Of a stretch of DNA of 64,000 bases, positions 1 to 13,900 are shown piece after piece (within the stretch, counting starts at the first letter, position 1; each line of letters begins with the position of its first letter). Source of the stretch: the human T2T-CHM13v2.0 reference genome, Homo sapiens; NCBI RefSeq assembly GCF_009914755.1, contig NC_060939.1. One strand, written 5' to 3'. The position numbers and the translations under genes are program-made. The notes below the pieces were generated by a model. The model was not told the DNA's origin. It saw nothing but the letters and a program-made list of their open reading frames with translations, and did not search any database.

Positions 1-3000
1 CATTCCACTCCACTCCACTCCATGCAATTCCATTTCTCCCCATTCCATTCCATCCGCTCCTTTCCACTCTACTCCACTACATTAAATTCCAATCCATCCA
101 ATTCCGTTCCACTGTATTCCAATTCACTCTTCTACACTTCACCATATTCCATTTGATTCCATTTGATGACATTCGATTTCATTCAGTTCGATTCCATTCC
201 ATTTGATTCCCTTTCATTAGAGTCCATTCCATTTGAGTCCATTCCACTCCATTCAATTCCAGTCCTTTCCATTTGAGTCCATTCCATTCGATTCCATTTC
301 ATTCCAGTCCATTCCTTTCCAGTCTATTCCATTCAAGTCCATTCCATTCCATTCCTTTACTTTCCATTCCATTAAACTCCATTCAATTCCATTCTGTTCC
401 ATTCCATTCCATTCCACTCCATGTCACTTTGTTCTGTTCCTTTCCATTCCATTCTCTTACACTCCATTCCACTCCACTCAACTTCACTCAATTCCATTCC
501 ATTCCATTCCCTTCCATTCCAATACACTCCACTACATTCCATTCGTCTCCACTTCTTTCTACCCCACTCCACTCCACTGCATTCCAATCAACTCCACTCC
601 ACTCCACAGCATTCCACTCCACTGCATTCCATTCCACTCCTCTCCACTCCATTCCATTCCATTCCATTGCATTCCACTCCACTCCACTCCAATCCACCCT
701 GTTAAATTTCTTTCTTTTGCATTCCATTCCATTCTATTCCACTCCAATCTAGTCCACTCATATAAATTCCATTCCACCCCATTACATTCCATGCCATTCC
801 ACTGAACTCCACTCCACTTCATCGCATTCCATTTGATTCCATTCAATGCAATTAGATTCTACTCCATTCGATTCAATTCCAATCTATTCCATTAAATTTC
901 ATTCTATTCCATTCTATTCCATTCCATATGATTCCATTCCATTCGATTGCATTCCATTCGATTGCATTCCATTCGATTCCGTTCTGTTTGATTCCATTCC
1001 ATTCGAGTCCGTTCCATTTGATTCCTTTCATTTCGATTGCATTCCTTTCGATTCCGTTCTGTTTGATTCCATTCCTTTCTATTCCCTTCCATTCGATTCC
1101 ATTCAATTCGATTCCATTCCACTTGATTCTGTTCTATTTGATTATATTCAATTTGAGTCCATTCCATTCGAGTGCATTGCATTCGATTCCATTCCATTCC
1201 ATGCCATTCAATTCCATTCCTCTGCACTCCACTCCATTCCATTCCATTCCATTCCATTCCATTCCATTCCACTGCATTCCACTCCACTCTACTCCCCTGC
1301 AGTCCATTCTACTCTACTCCACATCACTCCACACTATTCCATTCCATTCCATTCCTTTCCATTCCATTCCATTCCATTCCATTCCACTCCATTCCATTCC
1401 ATTCCAGTCCATTCCACTCCACTCCACTCCATTCCGTTCAATTCCATTTCTTCCCATTCCATTCCGTTCCGCTGCAATCCACTCCACTCCACTCAATTCA
1501 CTGAATTACATTCGATTCCATTCCATTACATTCAATTCCATTCCATACGAGTCCTTTTTAAGCGAGTCCATGCCATTCGAGTCCATTCCATTAGAGGCCA
1601 TTCCTTTCGAGTCCATTCCTTTCCAGTCCATTCCATTCAAATCTATTACATTCGAGCCCATTCCGTTCGAGTTCTTTGCATTCCATTCCATTTCATTCCA
1701 TTCCATTCCTTTTCTTTCTATTCCATTCTATTCCACTACATTCCATTCCACTCCATTGCACTCCATTCCATTCCATTCCATTCCACTCTACGTTCCATTC
1801 AATTCCACTCCTTTCCATTCCACTTCACTCCACCCCACTCCAATCAACTCAATTCCACTCCATTCCATTCTATTCCATTTCATTTCATTCCATTCCACTC
1901 CACTCCACTCCACACCATTCCACTCCATTCCATTCCATTCCATTCCATTCCACTCCATTCCATTCCGTTCCATTCCGCTCCACTCCATTCCTCTCCACTC
2001 CACTTTCTTCCATTCTTTTGCATTTCACTCGTCTCCTCTCCACTCCATTCCACTTTCTTCCATTATTTTGCATTTTACTCGACTACACTCCACTCCACTC
2101 CGTTCAATTCCATTGCTTCACATTCCATTCTATTCCACTCTATTCCACTTCACTCCACTCCGCTCAATTCCATTCCTCTCCATTCCATTCAACTCCACTC
2201 TTCTTCACCGCATTCCAATCAATTCCATTCCCTTCTATTCGATTCCATTCAATTCCATTCTTTTCTATTCCATTCGAGTGCATTCCCTTCATGTCCATCC
2301 CATTCCAGTCCATTCCATTCGAGTCCATTCTATGCCAGTCCATTCCATTCCTTTACATTCCATTCTAGTACATTCCATTCCATTCCATTCCATAACATTC
2401 CACTCCACTCCACTCTACTCCACTCCACCCTACTCCACTACACTCCACTCCACTACACTCCATTCCATTCCATTGCATTCCACTCCACTCCACTTCAAAC
2501 CATTCTATTCCATCCCTTTGCATTCAATTGCATTCCACTCCAATCCCCTGCACTTCAACGTATTCCCTTCCATTCCATTCTATGCCATTCGATTCCAGTC
2601 CATTCAATTAAATTCCATTCAATTTCATTTCATTCAGTTCCATTCCATTCCATTCAATTCCATTCTGTTCGATTCCATTCCATTCAATTCCATTCAATTC
2701 CAGTCCATTCCGTTCGATTCCATTCCATTCGAGCCCCTTCCATTCCATTCCATTCGTGTCCTTTCCTTTCCAGTCCATTCCATTTGAGTCCATTCCATTC
2801 GAGTTTATTCCATTCCACTCCAGTCCATTCGACTCAATTCCATTCCAGTGCATTCCATTCCAATTCATTCCGTTTGAGTGGATTCCACTCCACTGCTTTC
2901 CATTCCATTCCTCTCCAATCCATTCAATTCCTCTCCATTCCAGTCCATTCTATTCCATTCCATTCCTTTAGATTCCATTCCTTTCCAATCTATTACATTC

Positions 3001-3380
3001 CATTTCATTCCATTCTAGTCCACTCCACTATACTCCACTCCATTCAATTTTATTCCTTCTCATTCCATTGACTCCATTCGAATCCAATTCACTCCAATAC
3101 ATTCAATTCCATTCTACCCCATTCCTTTCCACTCCATTCCCCTCCTCTCTTCTCCACCTCACGGCATTCCAGTCAATGCCATTCACTTCCTGTCCATTCG
3201 ATTCCATCCCATTGGATTCCATTCCAATCGATTCCATTCCATTCAATTCCATTCCATTCAAGTCCAATCCATTCCATTCCATTCCATTCCATTCCATTAC
3301 CATCCACTGCACTCCACTCCACACCCCTCCATTCCATTCCACTCCATTCCATTCCATTCCACTCCAATCCACTCCATTTC

Positions 3381-3683
3381 ATTCCATTCCATTCCATTCC
3401 ATTCATTTCCATTCCACTCCACTACACTCCATTGAAATCAATTACTAACCATTCAATTCCACTGCATTTAGTTCCACTGAACTCCACTTCAACACATTCC
3501 TTGTAATTAGATTTGATTCCCTTCTATTCCATTCCATTCCATTCCATTCATTTCCATTCCACTCCACTACACTCCATTCAAATCCATTACTAACCATTCA
3601 ATTCCACTGCAATGAGTTCCACTGAACTCCACTTCAGCACATTCCTTGCAATTAGATTTGATTCCCTTCTATTCCATTCCATT
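3381..3683 (+). repeat. 145-bp tandem duplication (2 copies, ~6 mismatches)
   Basis: Marker attactaaccattcaattccactgc at 3441 and 3586. gttccactgaactccacttc and attagatttgattcccttct also recur at +145. Confidence 0.9.
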
Positions 3684-3700
3684 GGATTCCATTCCATTCA

Positions 3701-3841
3701 TTTCCATTCCATTCCATTCGATTCTATTGCATTCCATTCCATTCAATTCCATTTCATTCCTTTCCATTCCATTCCATTCGATTCTATTGCATTCCATTCC
3801 ATTCAATTCCATTTCATTCCTTTCCATTCCATTCCATTCGA
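3701..3841 (+). repeat. Exact 60-bp tandem duplication
   Basis: 3721-3780 and 3781-3840 are identical (attctattgcattccattccattcaattccatttcattcctttccattccattccattcg); identity extends back to 3701. Confidence 0.93.
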
Positions 3842-6800
3842 GTACATTCCATTCCATTCGAGTCCATTCCATTCCTTTCCATTCCAATCCATTGCATTCT
3901 ATTCCACTCAAATCGAGTCCATTCCATTCCATTCCATTCCACTCGACCCCACTCCATCCCATCGCACTCCTCTCCATTCCATTCCACTCCTTTTCACTCC
4001 AGTTCACTCCATTCCATTCATTCGATTCCATAAAATTCCTTTCCATTCTCTTCCATTGCATACCATTCCACTCCACTCTAATCAAACACGCTCCATTCAA
4101 TTCCATTCCTTCCAATTCCATTCCATTCCACTCCATTCCACTTCACTGCACTACATTCAATTCCATTCCACCCCATTCCATTCCACTGCTTTACAATCCA
4201 CTCCTCTACAATTCCATTGGATTCCATTTGATGACGTTCGAATCCATTCAATTCTATTCCATTCCATTGGGTTCCATTCCTTTCCATCGCATTCATTTTG
4301 ATTCCATTCCATTCCATTCCATCCCATTCCATTTGATTCCATTCCATTCCATTTCATTCCACTCAACTCCACTCCGCTACACTCCACTCCACTCCATTCC
4401 GTTGCATTCCATTTCATTCCACTCCACTCCACTCCACTCCACTAAGTTCAATTATATTCCTTCCCATTCCATTGCATTCCACTCCATTCCATTCCACTCC
4501 TCTCCACTCCATTCAATTCCTCTCCACCCCATTCCATTCCACTCCATTCTACTCCTCCTCATTCCTTTCGATTCAATTCAATGCAATTCAATTCCATTCC
4601 ATTCGAATCTATTCCTTTTGTTTCCATTCCATACATTTTAATTCGCTTCGATTCCATTCCATTCGAGTCCATTCAATTCGAGTAAATTACATTCCATTCC
4701 ACTCCACTCAATCCATTCCATTACATTCCATTTTATTCCAGTCCATTCCATTCCAGTCCAGTATATTCAATTCCACTCCATGCCACTCCATTCCACTCCA
4801 CTCCACTCCATTCCACTCCACTCCACTCCATTTTATTGCATTCCATTCCATTCCATTCCAGTCCAGTATATTCATTTCCGCTCCATTACACTCCATTCCA
4901 CTCCACTCCACTCCATTTTATTGCATTCCATTCCATTCCATTCCACTGCACTCCACTCCACTTCTCTCCTCCCCACTCTGCTCTACTCCATTCAATTGCA
5001 CTATACTCCATTCTATTTCACTCTACTCCACTCCACTGTACTACATTCGACTCCAATCCGCTGCACTCCAATCCACTCCACTGTACTCCATTCCATTCCA
5101 TTCCATTCCATACCATTCCTTACCACTCCATTCCTCTCCACTCCATCCCATTCCACTCCATTCCATTCCACTCCACTCCATTCCATCCCTTCCACTCCAT
5201 TCCACTCCTCTCCACTCCACTTCACTCCACATCACTCCACTCCATTCCATTCAATTGCATCCCACTCATTTCCACTCCACTCCACTCCATTCCATTCCAT
5301 TCCATTGCATTCCACTCCACTCCAATCCACTCAACTCAACTCCACTCCTTTCAATTCCATTCCTTCCCATTCCATTCCATTCCACTCCATTCCACTAAAC
5401 TCCACTCCTATCCATTCAATTGCATTCCACCCCATTCCATTTCACTCCATTCCAAACTACTCCACTCCACTTCACTGCATTCCATTCAATTCCATTAGAT
5501 GCCATTCGTTTCCTCTCCTTTCGATTCTATTCCTTTCGATTTCATTCCATTCGATTCCATTCTTTTTGATTCCATTCCATTCAATTGCATTCCAATCGAT
5601 TCCATTCCCTTTGAGTCCATTTCATTCGATTCCGTTCCATTCCAGTCCATTCTGTTCACGTCCATTCCATTTGAGTACATCCCATTCCATTCTTCTCCAT
5701 TCCATTCTATTCTATTCCATTCTAATCCATTCCATTCCATTCCGTTCTCGTACTTTCCCTTCCCTTCTATTCCATTCAATTCCACTCCACTCCATTCCAT
5801 TCAACTCCATTTCAATCCGTTCCATTCCATTCCAGTCAATTCCATTCCATTCTTTTCCATTCAATTCCCTTCCATTCCATTTGATTCCATCCCATTCCAT
5901 TCCATTCCAATCCATTCCATTCCATTCCATTCCACTCCACTACATTCCATTCCATTGCATTCCACTCCACTCCACTCAAATACAATCCGTTCAATTAAAT
6001 TCCTTCACATTGCCTTCCATTCCATTCCACTCCATTCCAATCCACTCCTCTCCACTGCATTGAATTCCGTTCCACATCAGTCCGTTCCACTCCATTCCAC
6101 TCCAGTCCACACCAATTCCCCGTATTCCGTTAAACGCCATTCGATTCCTTTCCATTAGATTCCATTCCATTTGATTCCATTCCATTTGATTCCATTCCAT
6201 TCGATTCCATTTGATTCCATTCTTTCCGGTTCCATTCTCTTTGACTCCGTTCCACTCGATTCCATTCCGTTCATTTCCATTCCATGCGATTCCATTCCAT
6301 TCTATTCCATTCCATTCTATTTCCTTCATTAGAGTCCATTCCATTGCAGTCCGTTCCTTTCGAGTCCATTCCATTCCAGTCCATTCAATTTCTGTCCATT
6401 CCATTTGATTCCTTTCAATTCCATTCCATTCGATTCCATTCAATTCCAATCAATTCCACTCCTTTCCATTCCATTCCCTTGCATTCTTCTGCACTCCACT
6501 CCACCTCTTTCCACTCTGTTCAATTCCATTCCTTCCCTTTCCATTCCATTACACACCAATTCATTCCACTCCACACCACTATATTCAATTCCATTCCACC
6601 CCATTGCATTGCACTCCATTCCACTCCATTCCACTTCACCACATTCCAGTCCATTCCTTTTGATAACATTTGATTCCATACCATTCGATTCCATTCCGTT
6701 TGATTCCATTACTTTTGATTCTATTCCAGTTGACTCCATTCAATTCCAGTCTGTTCCACTCCATTCCACTGTACTCCACTCCACTCCACAACATTCCACT

Positions 6801-8427
6801 CCACTCCTTTCCATTCATTTCCTTTGCATTCCTTTCCATTCCGTACAATTCCTCTCCATTCCTCCACATTCCATTCCATTCCACTCCACTCCACTCCATT
6901 GCAGTCCATTCCATTCCATTCTATTCTATTGCTTTCTACTCCACTCCATACCACTCCACTCCGCTCCATTCAATTCCATTCTTTCCCATTTCATTCCTTT
7001 CCACTCCATTCCACTCCAGTCCTCTCCACTTCATTCAATTCCATTGCAATCCATTCCACTCCATTCCACTCCATTCAATTCCATTCCAACCCATTCCATT
7101 CCACTCCATTCCACTGTAATCCACTACATTTCACCACACTCCATTCAATTCCATTTGATTCCTTTACATTTGGTTCCTTTCCATTCGATTCCATTCCTTT
7201 CGATTCCATTGCATTCAATTCCATTCCATTCAAATTCATTCCATGCCAATCCATTCCATTTGAGTCGATTCCATTCAATTCTGTTCCATTCCATTACATT
7301 CAATTCAATTCGAGTCCATTCCTTTCCTTTCCATTCCATTCCATTTCATTCCACTCCATTCCACTCCACTCCGTTCAATTCCATTCAATCCCATTATATT
7401 CCATTCCACTGCATTCCATTCTATTCCGGTCCACTCCACTCTACTCCACTCCACTCCACTCTGTTCTATTCCAATCTTTCCCATTCCTTTCCATTCCACA
7501 CCATTCCACCCCACTCCACTCCACTCCATTCAATTCCATTCCACCCCATTCCATTCCACTCCATTCCACTCCACTTCACTGCATTCCATTCAAATTCATT
7601 CCATGCCATTCGATTCCAATCCATTGGATTCCATTCCATTTGATTCCATTCCATTCGATTCCATTCCATTCGACTCCATTCCATTCGATTCCAGTCCATT
7701 CCAGTCAATTCAATTCTAGTCCATTCCTTTCGAGACCATTCCATTCCAGTTCATTCCATTCGACTCCGTTCCTTTTGATTGCATTCCATTCGATTTCATT
7801 CCATTCCATTAAATTCTATTCCATTGAAATCAATTCCATTCCATTCGCGTCCATTGCATTCCAGTCCATTCCATTCAATTCCACTCCATACCACTCCATT
7901 ACATTCTATTCCATTCCATTTGATTCCTGTCCATTCCACTTCTCTCCACTCTACTCCACATTGCTCAATTCCATTCCTTCCCATTCCATTCCATTCCACT
8001 CCACTCCACGCCATACACTTCCATTAAACCCCATTCCATTCCACTCCATTCCACTCCATTCCACTCCCCTTCACTTCATTCCATTTGATTCCATTCGACG
8101 CCATTCGATTCCCTTCCATTTGATTCCATTCCATTAGATTCCATTTCAATCAATTCCATTCCATTCTTTTTCCATTCCATTCAAGTCCATTCTTGTCTAG
8201 TCCTTCCCATTCGAGTCCGTTCCATTCCATTTCATTCCATTCGAGTCCACTCCATTCGTGTCTATTCCATTCCAGTCCATTGCATTCCAGTACATTCTTT
8301 TCCACTCCACTCCATTCCACTCCACTCCATTCCATGCCACTCCACACAACTCCACTGCATTCCACTCCTTTCCCTTGCACTCCACTCCACTCCATTCCAC
8401 TCCACTCCACTACATTCCTCTTCACTC

Positions 8428-8504
8428 CACTCCAAACCTTTCCATTCCATTGCATTCCACTCCATTACACTCCAAACCTTTCCATTCCATTGCATTCCAC
8501 TCCA
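8428..8504 (+). repeat. 40-bp tandem duplication
   Basis: tccaaacctttccattccattgcattccactcca at 8431 and 8471. Confidence 0.88.
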
Positions 8505-10299
8505 CTCCACTCCACTCCACTACTTTCCATTACATTCCATTGCATCAAACTCCACTCCATCCCACTCCACTGAATTTAATTCAGTTATTTCCCATTCCGT
8601 TCCATTCCACTGGACTCCACTCCAATCCATTCAATTCCATTCCACCCTATTCCATTCCACTCCACTCCACTTCACCACATTCCATTCGATTCCAATATAT
8701 GCCATTCAATTCCATTTATTTGATTGCACTCCATTCGATTCCATTCCATTCATTTCCATTCCTTTTGAGTCCATTTTATTGGAGTCCATTCCATTGAAGT
8801 CCTTTCCATTCGAGTCCATTCCATTCCATTCCATTCCAATCCATTCCACTCGGTTCCATTCCACTCAATTACACTCCATTCCACTCCACTCCACTCCACT
8901 GCATTCCACTCCACTCCACTCCACTACACTACACTCCATTCCTCACCATTACACTCCACTCAATTCCACTCCACTCCACAACACTCCACTCCACTCCACT
9001 ACATTCCACTCCACTACACTCCACTGCACCCCATTCAATTGCAGTGAATTCCACTCCACTACACTACACTCCATTCCATTACATGCCATTGCATTCCAAT
9101 GCATTCCACTCCATTCCCCTCCGTTTAATTGCATTTCTTCCCATTCCATACCATTCCATTCCACTCCACTCCACTCCACTTCATTCCATTCCATTCCACC
9201 CCGTTCCATTCTATTTCATTCCATTCCACTTCACTCTACACCACTCTAGTCCACTTCACTCCACTCCACTCCGTTCAATTCCATTTTTTTCCATTCCATT
9301 CCAATTCAATACATTCCACTGCACTGCACTGCACTCCATTCAATTCCTTTCCAAGCCATTCCATTTCACTCCACTACACTACACTCCATTAAATTCATTT
9401 CCACCCCATTCAATTGCACTCCATTCCACTCGTCTCCACTACAATTCTCTGCATTCCATTTGATTCTATTCAATATCATTCGATTCTCTTCCATTCGCTT
9501 CCATTCCTTTCCTGTCCATTCCATTCGATTCCATTCTATTCGATTCCATACCATTAGATTCCATTCCATTGGATTCCATTCCTTTCGATTCCATTCCATT
9601 CGTGTCCATTCTGTTCCAGTCCATTATATTCGAGTCCATTGCTTTCCATTCCATTCCTTTAGAGTCAGTTACATTCGAATCCATTCCATTCGAGTCCATT
9701 TCATTCCAGTCTAATACAATCGAGTCCATTCCATTTCATTCCATTCCATTCCATTGCAATCCATTCCATTCGATTACAATCCATTAGATTCCATTCCATT
9801 CGATTCCCGTCCATTCGAGTCCATTCCATTCCACTCCAATCCATTCGAGTCCATTCCATTCCAGTCCAGTCCCTTCGTTTCCATTACATTCGATTCCATT
9901 CCATTCGATTCAATTCCATTCAATTCTTTTCCAATCAATTGCATTCCATTCCTTTCTATTCCATTCCATTGGATTCCACTGCATTCGATTCCTTTCCGTA
10001 CGATTCCATTCCATTCTAGTCCATTCTTTTCAAGTTCATTCCATTCCAGTCCATTACATGTGAGTCCATTCCATTCAATTCTCTTCCATTCCATTCCATT
10101 CAATTGAATTCGAGTCCATTCCATTCCATTCCATTCCATTCCAGTTAAATCCACTCCACTCAACTGTGTTCAGTTCCAACCCTTCCCACTCCTTTTCATT
10201 GCACTCCCTTCCACTTCACTCCACTCCACTGCATTCAATTCCATCCCACCCCATTCCATCCTACTCCATTCCACTCCACTACACTCTACTTCACCACAT

Positions 10300-10900
10300 T
10301 CCTTTCAATTTCATTCCATGCCATTCGATTCCAATCCATTGGATTCCATTCCATTTTATTCCATTCCATTGGATTCCATTCCATTTGACTACATTCCATT
10401 CGATTCCAGTCCATTTCAATTAATTCCATTTCAGTCCATTCCTTTCGAGATCTTTCCATTCCAGTCCATTCCATTCGGTTCCATTCCTTTCGATTGCATT
10501 CCATAAGATAACATTCCTTTCCATTCTATTTCATTCGATTCTATTCCATTCCATTCTATTCCATTCCAATCAATTCCATTCCATTTGAGTCTATTCCATT
10601 CCTGTCCATTCCATTCAATTCCAATCCATTCCACTCCACTATACTCTACTTCACCACTTTCCATTCAATTTCATTCCACGCCATTCGATTCCAATCCATT
10701 GGATTCCATTCCATTTGATTCCATTCCATTAGATTCCATTCCATTCGACTACATTCCATTCGATTCCAGTCCATTTCAATTAATTCCGTTTCAGTCCCTT
10801 CCTTTCGAGATCATTCCACACCAGTCCATTCCATTCGATTCCATTCCTTTCGATTGCATTCCATAAGATACCATTCGATTCCTTTCTATTTCATTCATTT
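10300..10900 (+). repeat. Diverged duplication with 360-bp offset
   Basis: ccattcgattccaatccattgg...gactacattcc...ttcaattaattcc...cctttcgagatc...cgattgcattccataagata starts at 10321 and again at 10681. Confidence 0.87.
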
Positions 10901-13900
10901 CTATTCGATTCCATTCCATTCCAATCGATTCCTTTCCATTCGAGTCCATTCCATTCCAGTCCATTCCATTCAATTCCAATCCATTCCACTCATTTCCATT
11001 CTATTCCATTTCATTCCATTGCATTCTATTCCATTCCAGTCCATTCCACTCCACTCCACTCCACTCCTCTCTGCTCATTTTCATTCCTTCCCATTCCATT
11101 CCATTCCTCTCCTTTCCACTCCACTCCACTCCACTCCATTCAATTCCATTCTATCCCTTTCCATTCCACTCCACTCCACTAATCTTCTCTGCATTCGATT
11201 CTATTCCTTTAGATGCCATTCGATTCCCTTCCATTCGATTCCATTTCAATCGATTCCATTCCATTCGTTTCCATTCTATTCAAGTCCTTTCTATTCGAGT
11301 CCTTCCCATTCCAGTCAATTCCATTTTATTGCATTCCATTCGAGTCCTTTCCATTTGTGGTCATTCAATTTGGGTCCATTCCAATCCAGTCCATTGCATT
11401 CCAGTACATTCCATTCCACTCCACTCCACCCCATTCCATGCCACTCCACAGAACTCCACTGCACTCCACTCCACTCCATTCCACTCCACTCCATTCCATT
11501 CCACTCCACACAAATCCACTCCACACCACTCCACTCCACTCCACTACATTCAACTCCACTCCAAACCTCTCCACTACACTCCACTACACTCCTTTCAATT
11601 CCATTGGATTCCACTCCACTCCACTCCAGTCCACCCCATTCCACGACATTCCATTTCTTTCTAATGCACTCCACTCCATTCCCCTCCGTTTAATTCCATT
11701 TCTTCCCATTCCATTCCATTCCATTCCACTCCACTCCACTCCACTCCATGCCATTCCATTCCATTCCATTTATTTCCATTCCATTGCATTCCTTTCCATT
11801 CCATATCATTCCATTCCATTCCTTTCCATTCCATTCCATTCCATTCCTTTCCATTCCATTCCATTCCATTCCATTCCTTTCCATTCCATTCCATTCCATT
11901 CCTTTCCATTCCATTCTATTTCATTCCATTCCACTTCAATCCACTCCAATCCAATCCACTCCAGGCCACTTCACTCCACTCCACTCAGTTCAATTCCATT
12001 CCTTCCCATTCCATTCCAATTCAGTACATTCCACTCCACTGAACTGCACTCCATTCAATTCCACTCCACCTCATTCCATTTCACTCCACTCCACTTCACT
12101 CCATTCAATTCCATTCCAACCCATTCCATTCGACTCCATTCCACTCCACTCCACTACACTTCTCCGCATTCCATTTGATTCTATTCAATGCCATTCGATT
12201 CCATTCCATTTGATTCCATTCCTTCGAATCCATTGCATTCCACTCCATTTCATTCGATTTCATTCTATTGAATTCCATTTCATTAGATTCCATTTCGTTG
12301 GATTCCATTCCGTTGGATTCCATTCCATTTGCTTCCATTCCATTCATGTCCATTCTATTCCAGTCCATTCTATTCGAGTCCATTCCATTCAAGTCCATTC
12401 CATTCCATTCCATTCAATTCCATTCCATTCTGTTACATTCGATTCCATTCCATTCAAATCCATTCCAGTCCATTCCAGTCCATTCGAGTCCATTCCATTC
12501 CATTCCTTTTCGTTCCATTCCAATCCATTCCATTCTATTCCATTCCTTTCGATTCCAGTGCATTCAAGTCCATTCTGTTCCAGTCCAATCCATTGGATTC
12601 CATTCCGTTCCAGTCCAGTCCATTCGTTCCCATTGCATTTGATTCCATTCCATTCGATTTTATTCCATTCCATTCCATTCGAATCGATTGCATTCCATTC
12701 CATTCCATTCCACTCCATTCGATTCTGTTGTAATTGATTACATTCCATTCGATTCAATTCCTTTCCTTTCTATTCCATTCCATTTGATTCCATTCCATTC
12801 AATTCCATTCCGTACGATTCCATTACATTCGAATCCATTCCATTCGAGTTCATTCCATTCCAGTCCATTTAATTCGAGTCCATTCCATTGCTTTCCATTC
12901 CATTCCATAGCATTCAATGACATTCCATTGGATTTGATTCCATTCCATTCCAGTGTATTCGATTCCATTCCATTCCACTCCCTTCCTATCCCATCGATTA
13001 CATTCCATTCTTTTCCATTCCATTCAATTCCATTTCATTCGAGACCGTTCCATTCCATTCCATGCCATTCCATTCGAGTCCATTCCATTCCAGTCCATTC
13101 CATTTCAGTCACTTCCATTCCAGTCAATTCCATTGGACGCCTTTCCTTTCGAGTCCTTTCTATTCCAGTCCATTCTATTCGTGTGCATTCCATTTGAGTC
13201 CATTCCATTCCATTCCATTCGAGTCCGATCCATTCGTGTCCATTCCATTCCAGTCCATTCCATTCCCTTCAAATCCATTTGAGTCCATTCCATTCCGTCC
13301 ATTCCTTTCCATGCCATTCAATTCTAATCCATTCGATTTCATTCCATTCAATTACATTCCATTCGGTTCAATTCCATTCCTTTCTTTTCCATTCCATTTG
13401 ATTCCATTTCATTCGATTTCATTCCTCTCAATTCCATTACATTCGAGTCCATTCAATTCGAATAAATTCCATCTGAGTCCATTCCATCCAGTCCATTCCA
13501 TTCGATCCCATTCTATTCAATTTCATTCCATTCCATTGCATTCCATTCTATTCCATTCCACTCGATTCCATTCCATTCTATTCCATTCCTTTTCTGTCCA
13601 TTCTATTGAAGTCCCTTCCATTCGAGTCCATTCCATTCGAGTCCAATCCATTCGAGTCCATTTCATTTGAGTCCATTCTTTTCCATTCCATTTCATTCAA
13701 TATCACTCCATTCCACTCCATTCCATTCCATTTGATTCCATTCCATTTGAGTCCATTCCATTAGAGTCCATTCCCATCGAGTCCATTCCATTCCACTCCA
13801 TTCCACTCCATGGCACTAAACTACCTTCAAATCCATTCCGTCCCATTCCATTCCACTCCATTCCACTCCAATCCACTCCGCTTCTCCGCATTCCTTTCGA

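Larger units (their letters stand above)
7590..12900 (+). repeat. Old, degenerate ~2.7-3.1 kb tandem segmental duplication within the satellite (copy A ~7590-10100, copy B ~10300-12900)
   Basis: Collinear rare markers: ccatgccattcgattccaatccattgg (7601/10316), tgcattccagtacattc (8281/11395), tccaaacct (8431/11560), ccgtttaatt (9121/11686), ctatttcattccattccacttca (9211/11916), ccgtacgattcc (~9996/~12810). Confidence 0.75.

Noticed and set aside
846-3071. 741-aa + strand ORF and the other long + strand ORFs (e.g. 928..2787, 24388..26484)
   Set aside because: (CATTC)n translates to HSIPF repeats in all three frames and rarely yields stops. The ORFs overlap in every frame and have no domain-like sequence, so they are satellite artefacts.
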